A stretch of 64,000 nucleotides of DNA from Haliea sp. GTDB taxonomy: Bacteria > Pseudomonadota > Gammaproteobacteria > Pseudomonadales > Halieaceae. This document shows positions 46,081-55,836 of this stretch, one piece after another. Each line of letters starts with the position of its first letter. Position 1 is the stretch's first letter. The notes below the pieces were generated by a model, which was given only the letters and a program-made list of their open reading frames with translations, was not told the origin of the DNA and ran no database searches. A program made the position numbers and the translations under genes. The stretch spans positions 1,268 to 65,267 of the forward strand of contig JANQUV010000066.1 in NCBI GenBank assembly GCA_030730585.1. The letters are read 5' to 3'.

Positions 46081-47938
46081 CTATAACTGGATGGCCAGCT
46101 CTACTCTGCTGAAGCTGTTTTCGGCGGCATCAGCACTCACGGCCGCCAGTTCCACGCGAGCAGTATCTATGCCTTCGGCGAGCAGGAAGGCTTGCGTTGC
46201 GGCCGCGCGCTGCGTGGCGAGCTGCACCAAGGCTTCTGCGGGCACGGGCCATTGATCGCGAATCGCGCGGGCCTGCAGCAAAATCAACAGTATCCAGCTC
46301 TTCACTGCTGCCCACAAGCGTTGCCAGCAGCGCAAACGGTGCGGTGATAGCTTTGGTGAGCAGGTTCACGAAGGCACCGGCGATGACGCTGCCAAGGCTG
46401 AACTGTGGATTGTTGAGGTCCCCACTCACCGGTACGGCGATGTCGATGACGCCGTTACTGTCGGTGAGTAGTGCGATACCGAGGCGCAGCGGCAGGTTGA
46501 TGGCATCCCTGCTTTCGACGCGCTCGCCGAGTTGCAGTTGATTGATGACGATCTTGTTGTTGCCCTGCAGGCGGTTGTTCTCCAGGCCATAGCGCAGGTC
46601 TACCGTCATCACACCGTTCTTGATTGCGTAGCCCGCATAGTTGCCCGAGTAGGGTGTCAGGCGCGCCATGTCCAACCCGTTGAAGCGCAGCGTCAAATCG
46701 AGCGCTGGCGGTGCCTGCAAGGGGCTGGCAGTGCCCACTAGCGTGACCGGCGCGTAGCCATCCACGGAGCCTTTCAGTCCAATCCAGGATACGCTGTCCC
46801 AGCGGGTTAGTGCATCGTCGGCACCTCGCAGCCGCATCGAGAAATCGCTCACGGCACCGTCAGCGGTTACCGTTTCTGGCAAGAAATCATTCAGCTGCAA
46901 CGTGCCCTTGGTTCGCGCCTGACCGCTGCTGATTTCTGCCTGCAGGACGTCAGGGAGATTCGGCGCAAACCAGGCTAGAGGCAGCGTTTCCACAGCAAAG
47001 GCGATATCGCCGTTGCCGCTGCCTGCATGCAAGGCCCCCGCCACATCCAGCTGGGCGAGTGCGTTTACGCGCAGTGAGGCAGAAAACGCTGAAGGGGCGA
47101 CTGCCGGCCAGCGCAGGTCGTACAGTTCGGCGGTAATCGGCATCACTTCCAGCAGCGGGGGGTCGGTGAATTCGCTGCGCCAACGTAGCTCGCCTTGCTC
47201 CAGTTTTGCCAGTTTGAGCTGTACAGTCCACCCCGGATCAGTTGTGGAGGTTGCTGCAACCGGAGGCTGTTGCTGGGGAATGGGTGTGCCTTGAGGCAAC
47301 AGCAGCTCGGTGAGGCTCACACGATCACCTTCGCTCCACCCTGCCACCGACAATCCCCGTAGGCTAACGGCGTCCAGAGAGACCGACTGCTGTTCACTGG
47401 CGACGTTGATGCCCTCAAGGCTCAGGCGGCCTAACGAAATGCCGGTATCCGGTAATGGCGTCTGCGGCAGTGGGCTTAGTACGCTGTCTTGCAGGGTGAG
47501 TGATCCATCGTGCACCGCAAAGCTCAGGGTGTCGGACCAGTTCACTGTATAGTGAATTGCCAGATTCAACTGGCTGCGCTCGAGCTGAAACGACAGCCAG
47601 GGCTGGGCAAAGCGCCAGGCTGGCAGAAGGTCGACTTTCTCTAGCTGCAGCTGGCCTTTACTGTGTCCGGCAGAAATGGATACATCGCCCTCTGAGCGCA
47701 GTAAACCGCCACCTTCACTGCGCGCCTCCAGCCGGTAGGGCTGGCCTTCATGTGCTGCGGTTGAAAGGTCCGCCATCGTGAGGCTCAGCCCTTCAATATG
47801 CGTGCTATAGCCTTCAGGGTGCAGGTGGTCGGTCAGCTCAATACGCGTGGCGTTGAGGCGCAGGTCGGTAACGGTGAGGTTCGGCAAGGGTTCGGGTTCA
47901 GGGGATAGTTCTGCGGCCGGTGCCGGTATGAAGACCAT
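46081..47938 (-). pseudogene. DUF748/AsmA-like protein gene, N-terminally short and frameshifted near the 3' end
   Basis: The 602-aa ORF shows a DUF748-like repeat architecture and the conserved ...INLPLRLGIALLTDSNGVIDIAVPVSGDLNNPQFS... segment. After VDFAAG (46271-46288) it becomes Arg-rich nonsense. A second frame (46081-46335) continues with a plausible C-terminus, ARAIRDQWPVPAEALVQLATQRAAATQAFLLAEGIDTARVEL... Confidence 0.55.
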
Positions 47939-47971
47939 ACTGCAATCGGTGATGGGTGCGCAGTGAGTGGC

Positions 47972-48970
47972 TTATAAGCCTTTACGATAGGTGTAAGGAG
48001 TGAGCCCCGTCCAGCCTTTAAAGGCGCGTATGAAGGCGCTGGCCTCCGAAAATCCGGAGCGGTGCGCAATTTCTTCGATCGAAATTCCCTGCTTGCCCAA
48101 AAAGTGAAGCGCGGTATCGCGACGCAGCTGGTTTTTGATTTCCTTGAAGGTTGTACCTTCCACCGATAACCTGCGCCGCAACGTTTGTGGATGGATTTCA
48201 AGCGCCTCGGCCACGGTGCCCAGCTCCGGCATCTCATGCAGGCTGTGGCGGATTTGGTCGCGAACCTGTGCGGTCCAGCTATTGCGCGGAAAGTCCTGCG
48301 TCAGCATCATCAACACCGGGTGACGAAGGTAATGACGTAGCCCTTGCTCGGTTTGTGTGATTCGTTTTTCCATCAGTGTTGTGGAAAAGACCAGCTCGCA
48401 GTGCGTTGCCTCAAAGTGCACGGGATTGGCAAGAAACATGTGGCGATAGTCTTCTGGCCTGGCTGCTGCCGGGTAGCTTAAGTTCACCGCTTGCACAGGC
48501 AAATGCTCTTGCACCAGCCAGCTGCAGAAGCGGTGTGCGTTGAACAGCATCAGTTCCACCGGCCAGGCTTGCAGGGCAATGTCGTCGTTGGCTTGCAGGC
48601 GCAGTCGAACATGGTCCTCGTCTTCAAGGAAAGACGGCCAGGGGGAAGAGTCGAACAGCTGGAAAAAGCGGCAGTAGCGGTTCAGGGCTTGCCCCAGCGT
48701 TTCGCAGCCGATAACAGCGTGGCACATCATCGACCAGGTGCCGATCGGCAGGCGGCGTGTGGCGTAGCCCAGAGATTCGTCCTGCATGGCGAGCATGGTG
48801 CTCACTTGGAGATCCGCATAGCGTTCGATGGAAATGCGCGCGCCTTCTTCGAGCAACAGGCGCGGGGAGATGCGATTTTTGCGCAGCAGCTCCATAGGAT
48901 CGAGGCCAATGGCGACCGCGTTGCGCAGCACCGCGCGGGCGAAATAAACGGAGATGGAGAGCTCGCGCAT
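47972..48970 (-). CDS. AraC-family transcriptional regulator
   Basis: C-terminal double HTH (LHEMPELGTVAEALEIHPQTLRRRL...ISIEEIAHRSGFSEASAFIRAFKGWTGLTPYTYRK). N-terminal arabinose-binding-2-like domain. Confidence 0.88.
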   Translation of the reverse strand: MRELSISVYFARAVLRNAVAIGLDPMELLRKNRISPRLLLEEGARISIERYADLQVSTMLAMQDESLGYATRRLPIGTWSMMCHAVIGCETLGQALNRYCRFFQLFDSSPWPSFLEDEDHVRLRLQANDDIALQAWPVELMLFNAHRFCSWLVQEHLPVQAVNLSYPAAARPEDYRHMFLANPVHFEATHCELVFSTTLMEKRITQTEQGLRHYLRHPVLMMLTQDFPRNSWTAQVRDQIRHSLHEMPELGTVAEALEIHPQTLRRRLSVEGTTFKEIKNQLRRDTALHFLGKQGISIEEIAHRSGFSEASAFIRAFKGWTGLTPYTYRKGL

Positions 48971-50139
48971 TAGGCCTGCTCGGCGCTTCGCGATATCTGC
49001 AGGGGGCGGTGGTCCACCGCTGCCACGCGGTTACGCCCGGTATGTTTAGCCAGCATCAACGCACGGCTTGCATCGGAGCAAAGTTGCTCTAATGAGCCGT
49101 TGGTGCGCGAATCTGCAATACCCGCGCTCACGGTGAGGGGAATAGGGTGGTCGTCGATATGCAGGCCGTATTCTGCCAGTTGTAGCTGAATGCGCTCGGC
49201 GAGTTTGCGCGCCGAATCCAGTGAGGAATTGGGCAATACGGCGATAAAAGTGTCTTCGTCGTAGCGCGAGATCACGTCGCTGGAGCGGCATTCAGCCTCA
49301 AGGCAGCGCGACACTTGTTGCAGTGCGCGGTCACCGGCACCATCGCCGAAATTGTCGTTCAGCTGCCGCAGATGGTCGATGTCCAGCATGATTGCCGCCG
49401 TTGGCTGGCTGTGTCGTGCCGCGTTGGCCAGCGTGACATGTAGCGCGCTTTCCAGGCCACGCCGATTCAGCAGCCGTGTGAGGGGGTCTAGGGTGTTCAT
49501 GCGCAGTAATTGCTGCTGCTGCTCCAGCAGTACGCTTGCCAAATAGCCAGTGATAATGAACACATGCGCCGCAGCGTGTAGAGCGGCCGATACCCCGCCA
49601 AAGGGTTGTGCTTCGCCGGCCTGCAGGAGGCGTACGGATTGCAGCATGGAGAGCGTTAAGGCAAGCCCCGCCAGCGCAATCAAGCTATCGCCTGCATTGC
49701 TTCGCTGCCAGCAGCTACGAGCGTGAAATACGGCGAGTAACACGCCAAGCAGGGCGCTAATCGCTGCGTAAAGCAGGGCGGCGTTATCTGCCTTGAGCGT
49801 CAAAATGCCGATGCCGGTGGTTGCGCAAAGCAAGCCGAGCGCAATGCGTCCGACCGCTGGCCTAGCCCTTTGCATAGCTGCAAGGAGCAACAGAGTCGTG
49901 CTCAAAATTGAGCCTATGAGTGGCAACCCAGGGGGCAGCTGTAGAGAAGTCAGTGCATTTAACGCCAAAGCGCTTGCGGCCAGCAGTGCCAAAAGAAAGT
50001 AGAGCGCGAATAGCCCCAAGCCTTTGGGAGGGGTGTCAACGCCACTGAGTACATACAAGATCAGTAGCTGCGAGCCGATCAGCGCAAGAGCCACGCCATA
50101 GTCGAGGTAGGACAGGTTGTCGAAAAGGCTGCTGGTCAT
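48970..50139 (-). CDS. Membrane-anchored GGDEF-domain protein with a degenerate active site (DEDTF) and a retained RxxD I-site
   Basis: N-terminal ~200 aa are polytopic. The GGDEF fold runs DPLTRLLNRRG...MLDIDHLRQLNDNFGDGAGD...RSSDVISRYDEDTFIAVLP. DEDTF is encoded at 49246-49260. The stop overlaps the AraC start (TAATG). Confidence 0.8.
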   Translation of the reverse strand: MTSSLFDNLSYLDYGVALALIGSQLLILYVLSGVDTPPKGLGLFALYFLLALLAASALALNALTSLQLPPGLPLIGSILSTTLLLLAAMQRARPAVGRIALGLLCATTGIGILTLKADNAALLYAAISALLGVLLAVFHARSCWQRSNAGDSLIALAGLALTLSMLQSVRLLQAGEAQPFGGVSAALHAAAHVFIITGYLASVLLEQQQQLLRMNTLDPLTRLLNRRGLESALHVTLANAARHSQPTAAIMLDIDHLRQLNDNFGDGAGDRALQQVSRCLEAECRSSDVISRYDEDTFIAVLPNSSLDSARKLAERIQLQLAEYGLHIDDHPIPLTVSAGIADSRTNGSLEQLCSDASRALMLAKHTGRNRVAAVDHRPLQISRSAEQA

Positions 50140-50270
50140 GTAGGGCGCGAGCTCTGCCGTGAAAGGCTGTTAGTTTAGGTCAATAAATTTGTCGGCACGG
50201 GTCATTGTTGGCCCGACTGACGCTCACCATACTGGGGTGTTGTTCAATTAACCACCAGAGGCACCAGATC

Positions 50271-51446
50271 ATGCTGCAACGCGAATTCACTGATGAGCAA
50301 AATATGTTTCGTGACGCTTACCGCAAGTTCCTAGCGGCGGAGATTGTGCCACATATGGAAGCTTGGCGAGAGGCCGGAATTGTCGACCGCTCAGCGTTTC
50401 AGAAAGCGGGCGAGCGAGGTTTCCTGATGGTTTGGCCGGAAGAAAAATATGGTGGCATGGGTGACCCGGATTTCCGATTTGAGCAGATTATCATCGAAGA
50501 GGCTGCTTATGCGCGCTCGGGCGATTGGTATAGCACGCTCCATAGCCGCTTGGTAGGGCCCTATTTCACCCGTTTCGGCAGTGAAGAACAATGCCAACGC
50601 TTTCTCCCCCGCTGTGTTAGCGGCGACTGTATTTTAGCCATCGCCATGACCGAGCCCGACGCGGGTAGCGACCTCGCGGGTATGCGCTCGACCGCGGTAG
50701 AACACGATGATTATTGGGTACTGAACGGCTCCAAGACGTATATTTCTAACGGTATCAATGCCGATGTCGTTATCGTTGCTGCAAAAACCGACCCGGATAA
50801 TAACCCACACCATATGACCCTGTTTCTGGTGGAGCGAGGCATGGACGGCTTTGAACGCGGGCGCAATTTGAAAAAAATGGGCCTGAAAGCTCAGGATACC
50901 TCTGAGTTGTTTTTCAATGACGTCAAGGTGCCGAAAGCGAACGTGCTGGGCGAGCCTGGCAAGGGGTTTATTTACCTGATGGAGGGGTTGGCGGAAGAGC
51001 GGCTGATCGGCGCCTGTGGCTATTTGTCAGCTGCTCAGCTGTCCTGGGACCTCACCGCGGAGTTTGTGCGTGAACGCAAAGCCTTTGGCAAGCCGCTGGC
51101 GGCTTTTCAAAACACGCAGTTCAAACTCGCTGAAATGCGTACACAGCTTGATCTTGCGCAAATTTATGTCGACCAATGCGTGCGCGCGTTCAATAATGGG
51201 GCGCTAACAGCGGTGGATGCAGCCAAGGCGAAGTTGGTGACCAGTGAGCTGCAAATTTCCGTGGCAGACCTTGGTGTGCAGTTACACGGCGGCGCCGGCT
51301 ACATGGACGAATATCCTATCAGCCGACAATGCACCGATGCCAAGATTGCAACAATTTACGCGGGTAGCTCTGAGGTGATGAAAATAATCATCAGCCGTGA
51401 GTGCCTGTCCGACAACTACACGCCGTTTAATACGCGTAACTTCTAA
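50271..51446 (+). CDS. Acyl-CoA dehydrogenase
   Basis: Typical ACAD layout (FTDEQNMFRDAYRKF..., AMTEPDAGSDLAG, ...YAGSSEVMK). ATG 50271; the listed ORF has an N-terminal extension. Confidence 0.9.
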   Translation: MLQREFTDEQNMFRDAYRKFLAAEIVPHMEAWREAGIVDRSAFQKAGERGFLMVWPEEKYGGMGDPDFRFEQIIIEEAAYARSGDWYSTLHSRLVGPYFTRFGSEEQCQRFLPRCVSGDCILAIAMTEPDAGSDLAGMRSTAVEHDDYWVLNGSKTYISNGINADVVIVAAKTDPDNNPHHMTLFLVERGMDGFERGRNLKKMGLKAQDTSELFFNDVKVPKANVLGEPGKGFIYLMEGLAEERLIGACGYLSAAQLSWDLTAEFVRERKAFGKPLAAFQNTQFKLAEMRTQLDLAQIYVDQCVRAFNNGALTAVDAAKAKLVTSELQISVADLGVQLHGGAGYMDEYPISRQCTDAKIATIYAGSSEVMKIIISRECLSDNYTPFNTRNF

Positions 51447-51468
51447 ATAACTGCACAAGGAGAAGATT

Positions 51469-52242
51469 ATGGAACTCTCAGGAAAAGTCGCCATTGTCAC
51501 CGGGGGCGCATCGGGTTTGGGCCGGGCGACGGTAGAAGCCTATGTTGCGAAAGGTGTCAAGGTCGCTATTTTTGACCTGAATGAAGCGAACGCGCAGGAG
51601 GTGATTAAGGAGCTTGGCGCAGATAACGTTGCGTTCTGGAGCGTCAACGTTGCCGAGGAAGAATCGGTGCGTGCCGCGGTCGCTGCAGTGGTTGAAAAGT
51701 TCGGTGCGCTCCATATCTGTAACAACTACGCTGGCATTGGCAGTGCCTGCAAAACGCTGGGCAAGAACGGGCCATTTCCGCTGGATCAGTTTCTGCCAGT
51801 GATCAATGTCAATCTTGTTGGTACTTTTAACGTTGCGCGTTTCGCTGCAGAGCAGATGGCCAAGAATGCGCCAATTAATGGTGACGATGGGCGCGGTGTG
51901 ATTATCAATACAGCTTCTATCGCGGCTATGGAAGGCCAGGTGGGCCAGTTGGCCTATAGTGCCAGCAAGGGCGGCATTGTCGGCATGACCCTTCCTATGG
52001 CACGTGACCTGGCCAGCTATGGTATTCGAGTGAACACCATTGTGCCGGGCCTTATACACACACCGCTGTTCGAAATGCTGCCAGAAGCGGCCTATAACTC
52101 GTTGGCGAGCAGTGTATGCTACCCGCGCCGTCTTGGTCGCGCTGAGGAAATTGCGCATCTGTCTGTGTTTATTGCCGAGAACGATTACGTTAATGGCGAG
52201 TGCATCCGCTTGGATGGCGCCATTCGCATGCAGCCTCGCTAA
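51469..52242 (+). CDS. 3-hydroxyacyl-CoA dehydrogenase type 2-like SDR (3-hydroxy-2-methylbutyryl-CoA dehydrogenase type)
   Basis: [44 protein letters not shown]. Resembles the HSD17B10/FadB2x type. Confidence 0.75.
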   Translation: MELSGKVAIVTGGASGLGRATVEAYVAKGVKVAIFDLNEANAQEVIKELGADNVAFWSVNVAEEESVRAAVAAVVEKFGALHICNNYAGIGSACKTLGKNGPFPLDQFLPVINVNLVGTFNVARFAAEQMAKNAPINGDDGRGVIINTASIAAMEGQVGQLAYSASKGGIVGMTLPMARDLASYGIRVNTIVPGLIHTPLFEMLPEAAYNSLASSVCYPRRLGRAEEIAHLSVFIAENDYVNGECIRLDGAIRMQPR

Positions 52243-52254
52243 GGAGAAATCACC

Positions 52255-53388
52255 ATGGGACCGTTGAACGGTTTTACCGTAATCGAGTTGGCGGGTATTG
52301 GCCCGGCTCCCATGGGCGGCATGATGCTGGCCGATATGGGCGCTGAAGTGATTCGCATCGAACGTGCCAATGGCGGGGATTTGAAGCAGCTGCGTGATGT
52401 GAGCGCGCGTGGCAAGAAATCGGTGGTGATCAACCTCAAGCACCCTGAGGGTGTTGAGACCCTGCTACGCATGGTCGAAAACGCGGATGTTCTCATAGAT
52501 CCATACCGCCCCGGCGTATGCGAGAAGCTCGGCATTGGTCCGGATGTCTGCCTGGCGCGCAATCCCCGCTTGGTATTCGCGCGTATGACTGGCTGGGGCC
52601 AGGAAGGGCCATTGGCGCATGCGGCGGGACACGACATCAACTACATTTCACTGACCGGTGCATTGTTTGCAACCGGCCGCCGCAATGAAAAGCCCGTTCC
52701 CCCGCTCAACTTGGTGGGTGACATGGGCGGCGGTGGAATGCTTTTGGTGAATGGCGTGCTTGCGGCGCTGTTGGAGTCAGCGAATTCCGGCAAGGGGCAG
52801 GTTATTGATGTGGCCATGGTGGATGGCGCGGCTCAATTGATGTGGATGTTTCACGGCTTTGAAGCGGTCGGTATGTGGGATGCCAGCCAGCGCGAGGCGA
52901 ACCTGCTGGATGGAGCTGCCCATTTTTACGACACTTATGAGTGCGCCGACGGCCGCTATATTTCCGTGGGATCCATTGAGCCACAATTTTACGCATTGCT
53001 GATGCAGTTGGCAGCGTTACCGGAAGCCGACTTTGGTAACCAGCACGACGTCGCCAAATGGCCAGAGATGACCGACAAGTTGGCGGCGGTATTTATGCAG
53101 AAATCCCAGGCCCAGTGGTGCGAAATCATGGAGGGGACGGACGTGTGTTTTGCGCCGGTACTGTCGTTTGTGGAAGCACCCAGCCACCCGGCCAATGTCG
53201 CTCGCAATACCTATATTGAAGTGGATGGAGTCACGCAGCCGGCGCCAGCACCGCGCTTTAGCCGCACACCGTCGGGTGTGGCACACGGTGCGCACAGCCT
53301 GGGTGAGGATACCGCCTTGACCTTGTCTGCCATGGGTTTTGCCGAAAGCGAGATTCAAAAGCTGCGCGATGCTGGCTCGATTGGATAA
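52255..53388 (+). CDS. Family III CoA-transferase (CaiB/BaiF), alpha-methylacyl-CoA racemase-like
   Basis: GPLNGFTVIELAGIGPAPMGGMMLADMGAEVIRIER, GHDINYISLTG. Confidence 0.8.
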   Translation: MGPLNGFTVIELAGIGPAPMGGMMLADMGAEVIRIERANGGDLKQLRDVSARGKKSVVINLKHPEGVETLLRMVENADVLIDPYRPGVCEKLGIGPDVCLARNPRLVFARMTGWGQEGPLAHAAGHDINYISLTGALFATGRRNEKPVPPLNLVGDMGGGGMLLVNGVLAALLESANSGKGQVIDVAMVDGAAQLMWMFHGFEAVGMWDASQREANLLDGAAHFYDTYECADGRYISVGSIEPQFYALLMQLAALPEADFGNQHDVAKWPEMTDKLAAVFMQKSQAQWCEIMEGTDVCFAPVLSFVEAPSHPANVARNTYIEVDGVTQPAPAPRFSRTPSGVAHGAHSLGEDTALTLSAMGFAESEIQKLRDAGSIG

Positions 53389-53415
53389 ACCTCAACTTTT
53401 GTAAGGATGCGATGT

Positions 53416-54198
53416 ATGGCGAACTACGAAACAGTTACGGTTGAACACGTTGGGCAGGTTGCTCTGGTGAGCTTTAATCGCCCGGAAAACCTGAACGCGT
53501 TTAACGCCGCACTGCGTCGCGACATGCTGCAAGCGGTGCAAGCGGTTAATGCAGATACGGATATTCGCGCGGTAGTGCTGACGGGAACAGGGCGGGCGTT
53601 TTCTGCAGGTGCAGATCTTCTAGAGGTCACCGGCGGCGACTTCGACGTGGAGCAGCAGCTGAATAACGAGTACAAGCCTGTCTTGATGGCAATTCACAAT
53701 GCCCCCAAGCCTTGGATTAGTGCCGTCAACGGCGCCGCAGCGGGTGTCGGCAGTGCCTTCGCCATGGGTTGTGATTTGACTGTGATGGCTGATAACGCCT
53801 ACCTGTACCAGGCGTTTGCTGCCATTAGCCTGGTTCCGGATGGGGGTGCCACCTGGCACTTGGTGCGCACCTTGGGACGCAAGCGGGCCTACGAATTGAT
53901 TGTAACGGGTGAAAAGTTGCCCGCAGCCCGCTGTCAGGAGCTGGGCCTGTGCAACCGTGTGGTCGCGGCAGATCAGCTCGTAACAGACACTCTGACCTGG
54001 GCCGCCGAGCTTGCAGGCAAGGCGCCGCTAGCGCTGCGCCATGCGAAGGAAGCGCTGAACTTTGCGCTGGAGCACGAATTATCGGCGACTATCGCCGAGG
54101 AGGCTCGGTTGCAGAAAATCTGTATCAACAGTGCGGACGCCAAAGAAGGTGTCGAGGCCTTTATTGGCAAGCGCGCGGCCGTATGGCACGGGCGTTAA
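53416..54198 (+). CDS. Enoyl-CoA hydratase/isomerase (crotonase family)
   Basis: LNAFN..., VLTGTGRAFSAGADL, AAVNGAAAGVGSAFAMGCD. AAGGA lies upstream of ATG 53416. Confidence 0.88.
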   Translation: MANYETVTVEHVGQVALVSFNRPENLNAFNAALRRDMLQAVQAVNADTDIRAVVLTGTGRAFSAGADLLEVTGGDFDVEQQLNNEYKPVLMAIHNAPKPWISAVNGAAAGVGSAFAMGCDLTVMADNAYLYQAFAAISLVPDGGATWHLVRTLGRKRAYELIVTGEKLPAARCQELGLCNRVVAADQLVTDTLTWAAELAGKAPLALRHAKEALNFALEHELSATIAEEARLQKICINSADAKEGVEAFIGKRAAVWHGR

Positions 54199-54231
54199 GC
54201 GCGAACCTCACCTCACATTGATAGGCTGCCC

Positions 54232-55806
54232 GTGACAGAGTCGTTGCGCCCCGAACTGCAAGCCCTGCAGCAACGCTTGCAGCGCACGCTTGATGAACAG
54301 CGTGTAGAGGCCTGTGAGCGTCGTCACGCTGCTGGTTATCGCACGGCACGCGAGAATCTCAACGACCTCGTGGATGCGGGGAGCTTTCAGGAGTATGGCC
54401 AACTCGCCGTGGCCGCACAGCGCACTCGCCGCGACTATTTCGACTTGCAAACCAGCACCGCCGGTGATGGCGTTATTACCGGTACCGCAACTATCAATGC
54501 GGCACGGGTTGGCCCTCGCGCTGCGCGGGTTGCTGTGGTGGTGAATGACTATGCCGTTCTGGCGGGCACGCAGGGCTTCTTTCATCACCGCAAGCTGGAC
54601 CGGATTTGTGCGCTGGCGGAGAAGCACCATCTCCCCGTCGTTATGTATACCGAGGGCGGCGGTGGTCGCCCCGGTGACACCGATGTGCTCACCCACATTG
54701 CCGGGTTACATGTCGAATCCTTCAGCGCCTGGGCGCGCCTTTCGGGAACCGTACCGCGCATTGCGGTCAATAATGGATATTGCTTTGCGGGCAATGCCGC
54801 GCTCTTTGGTTGTGCCGATTTCACCATTGCCACGCGCAGCTCGTGGATTGGTATGGCGGGTCCCGCAATGATTGAAGGGGGCGGCCTGGGCAAGGTTGCC
54901 GCCACAGAGATTGGCCCGCTGGATTCTCAGCTGAAAAACGGCGTCGTCGACCTGGCAGCGGATGATGAGGCCCAGGCTACGGCGCTGGCCCAGCAGTTGC
55001 TGGGGTATTTTCAAGGCCCGGTGGACGATTGGTCGTGTGTTGATCAGGCGCCGCTTCGCGACCTGGTACCAGAGGATCGACGTTGGGCGTATCCGGTACG
55101 CAAGGTGATCGAAACGCTGGCGGATACCGGCTCGTTTCTGGAGCTGCGCCGAGTCTATGGCCGCGGCATCATCACCGGGTTCATGCGGCTTGAAGGGCTG
55201 CCGGTAGCGCTTATCGCCAATGATTGCCAACAGTTGGGGGGAGCCGTGGATGCCGAATCCGCCGAGAAAGCGGCGCGTTTCCTGCAGCTGTGCAACGCGT
55301 TTGGTCTGCCTGTGGTGTCGCTGACGGATACCCCGGGGTTTATGGTGGGCCCAGCCAGCGAGCGTGAAGCGGCTGTGCGCCGCATGTCCTCCTTGTTTAT
55401 TGCCGGTGCCAGCCTGCGCGTACCGGTGATTGCCGTGTTTCTGCGTAAGGGCTACGGCCTGGGTGCGATGGCGATGACGGGTGGCAGCTTTGTTGCTCCT
55501 GTCTATGCGGCGGCGTGGCCAACCGGTGAATTTGGCGGCATGGGTCTTGAGGGTGCCGTGCGTTTGGGCTATCGCAAAGAGCTCGAAGCAATAGCCGACG
55601 AAACAGAGCGAGAACAGCTGTTTGAGCAGCTTCTGGCCAAATTGTACGAAGCGGGTAAAGCCACAGAGGCAGCCTCGTTTCTGGAAATCGATGCGGTGAT
55701 CGACCCGGTCGATACACGCCTTACCGTGCTACATGCCCTGCGAACTGCGGGTGTTTGCCCGCAAAGGGTGGAACCCGCCGACCCCGAGGGTCAATGGACG
55801 CAGTAG
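54232..55806 (+). CDS. Acyl-CoA carboxylase carboxyltransferase (beta) subunit-like protein
   Basis: Two-lobed carboxyl_trans layout (NDYAVLAGTQGFFHHRK..., ...ANDCQQLGGAVDAESAEKAARFLQLCNAFGLPVVSLTDTPGFMVG). GTG start. No biotin carboxylase or BCCP gene is adjacent. Confidence 0.8.
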   Translation: MTESLRPELQALQQRLQRTLDEQRVEACERRHAAGYRTARENLNDLVDAGSFQEYGQLAVAAQRTRRDYFDLQTSTAGDGVITGTATINAARVGPRAARVAVVVNDYAVLAGTQGFFHHRKLDRICALAEKHHLPVVMYTEGGGGRPGDTDVLTHIAGLHVESFSAWARLSGTVPRIAVNNGYCFAGNAALFGCADFTIATRSSWIGMAGPAMIEGGGLGKVAATEIGPLDSQLKNGVVDLAADDEAQATALAQQLLGYFQGPVDDWSCVDQAPLRDLVPEDRRWAYPVRKVIETLADTGSFLELRRVYGRGIITGFMRLEGLPVALIANDCQQLGGAVDAESAEKAARFLQLCNAFGLPVVSLTDTPGFMVGPASEREAAVRRMSSLFIAGASLRVPVIAVFLRKGYGLGAMAMTGGSFVAPVYAAAWPTGEFGGMGLEGAVRLGYRKELEAIADETEREQLFEQLLAKLYEAGKATEAASFLEIDAVIDPVDTRLTVLHALRTAGVCPQRVEPADPEGQWTQ

Positions 55807-55836
55807 CGTTGCAGCAATTTCTGTAGGAGAAACACG

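Noticed and set aside
51478-52443. 321-aa minus-strand ORF.
   Set aside because: It is antisense to the HSD10-type SDR and the racemase-like gene. No motifs were recognisable, so I treat it as a shadow ORF.
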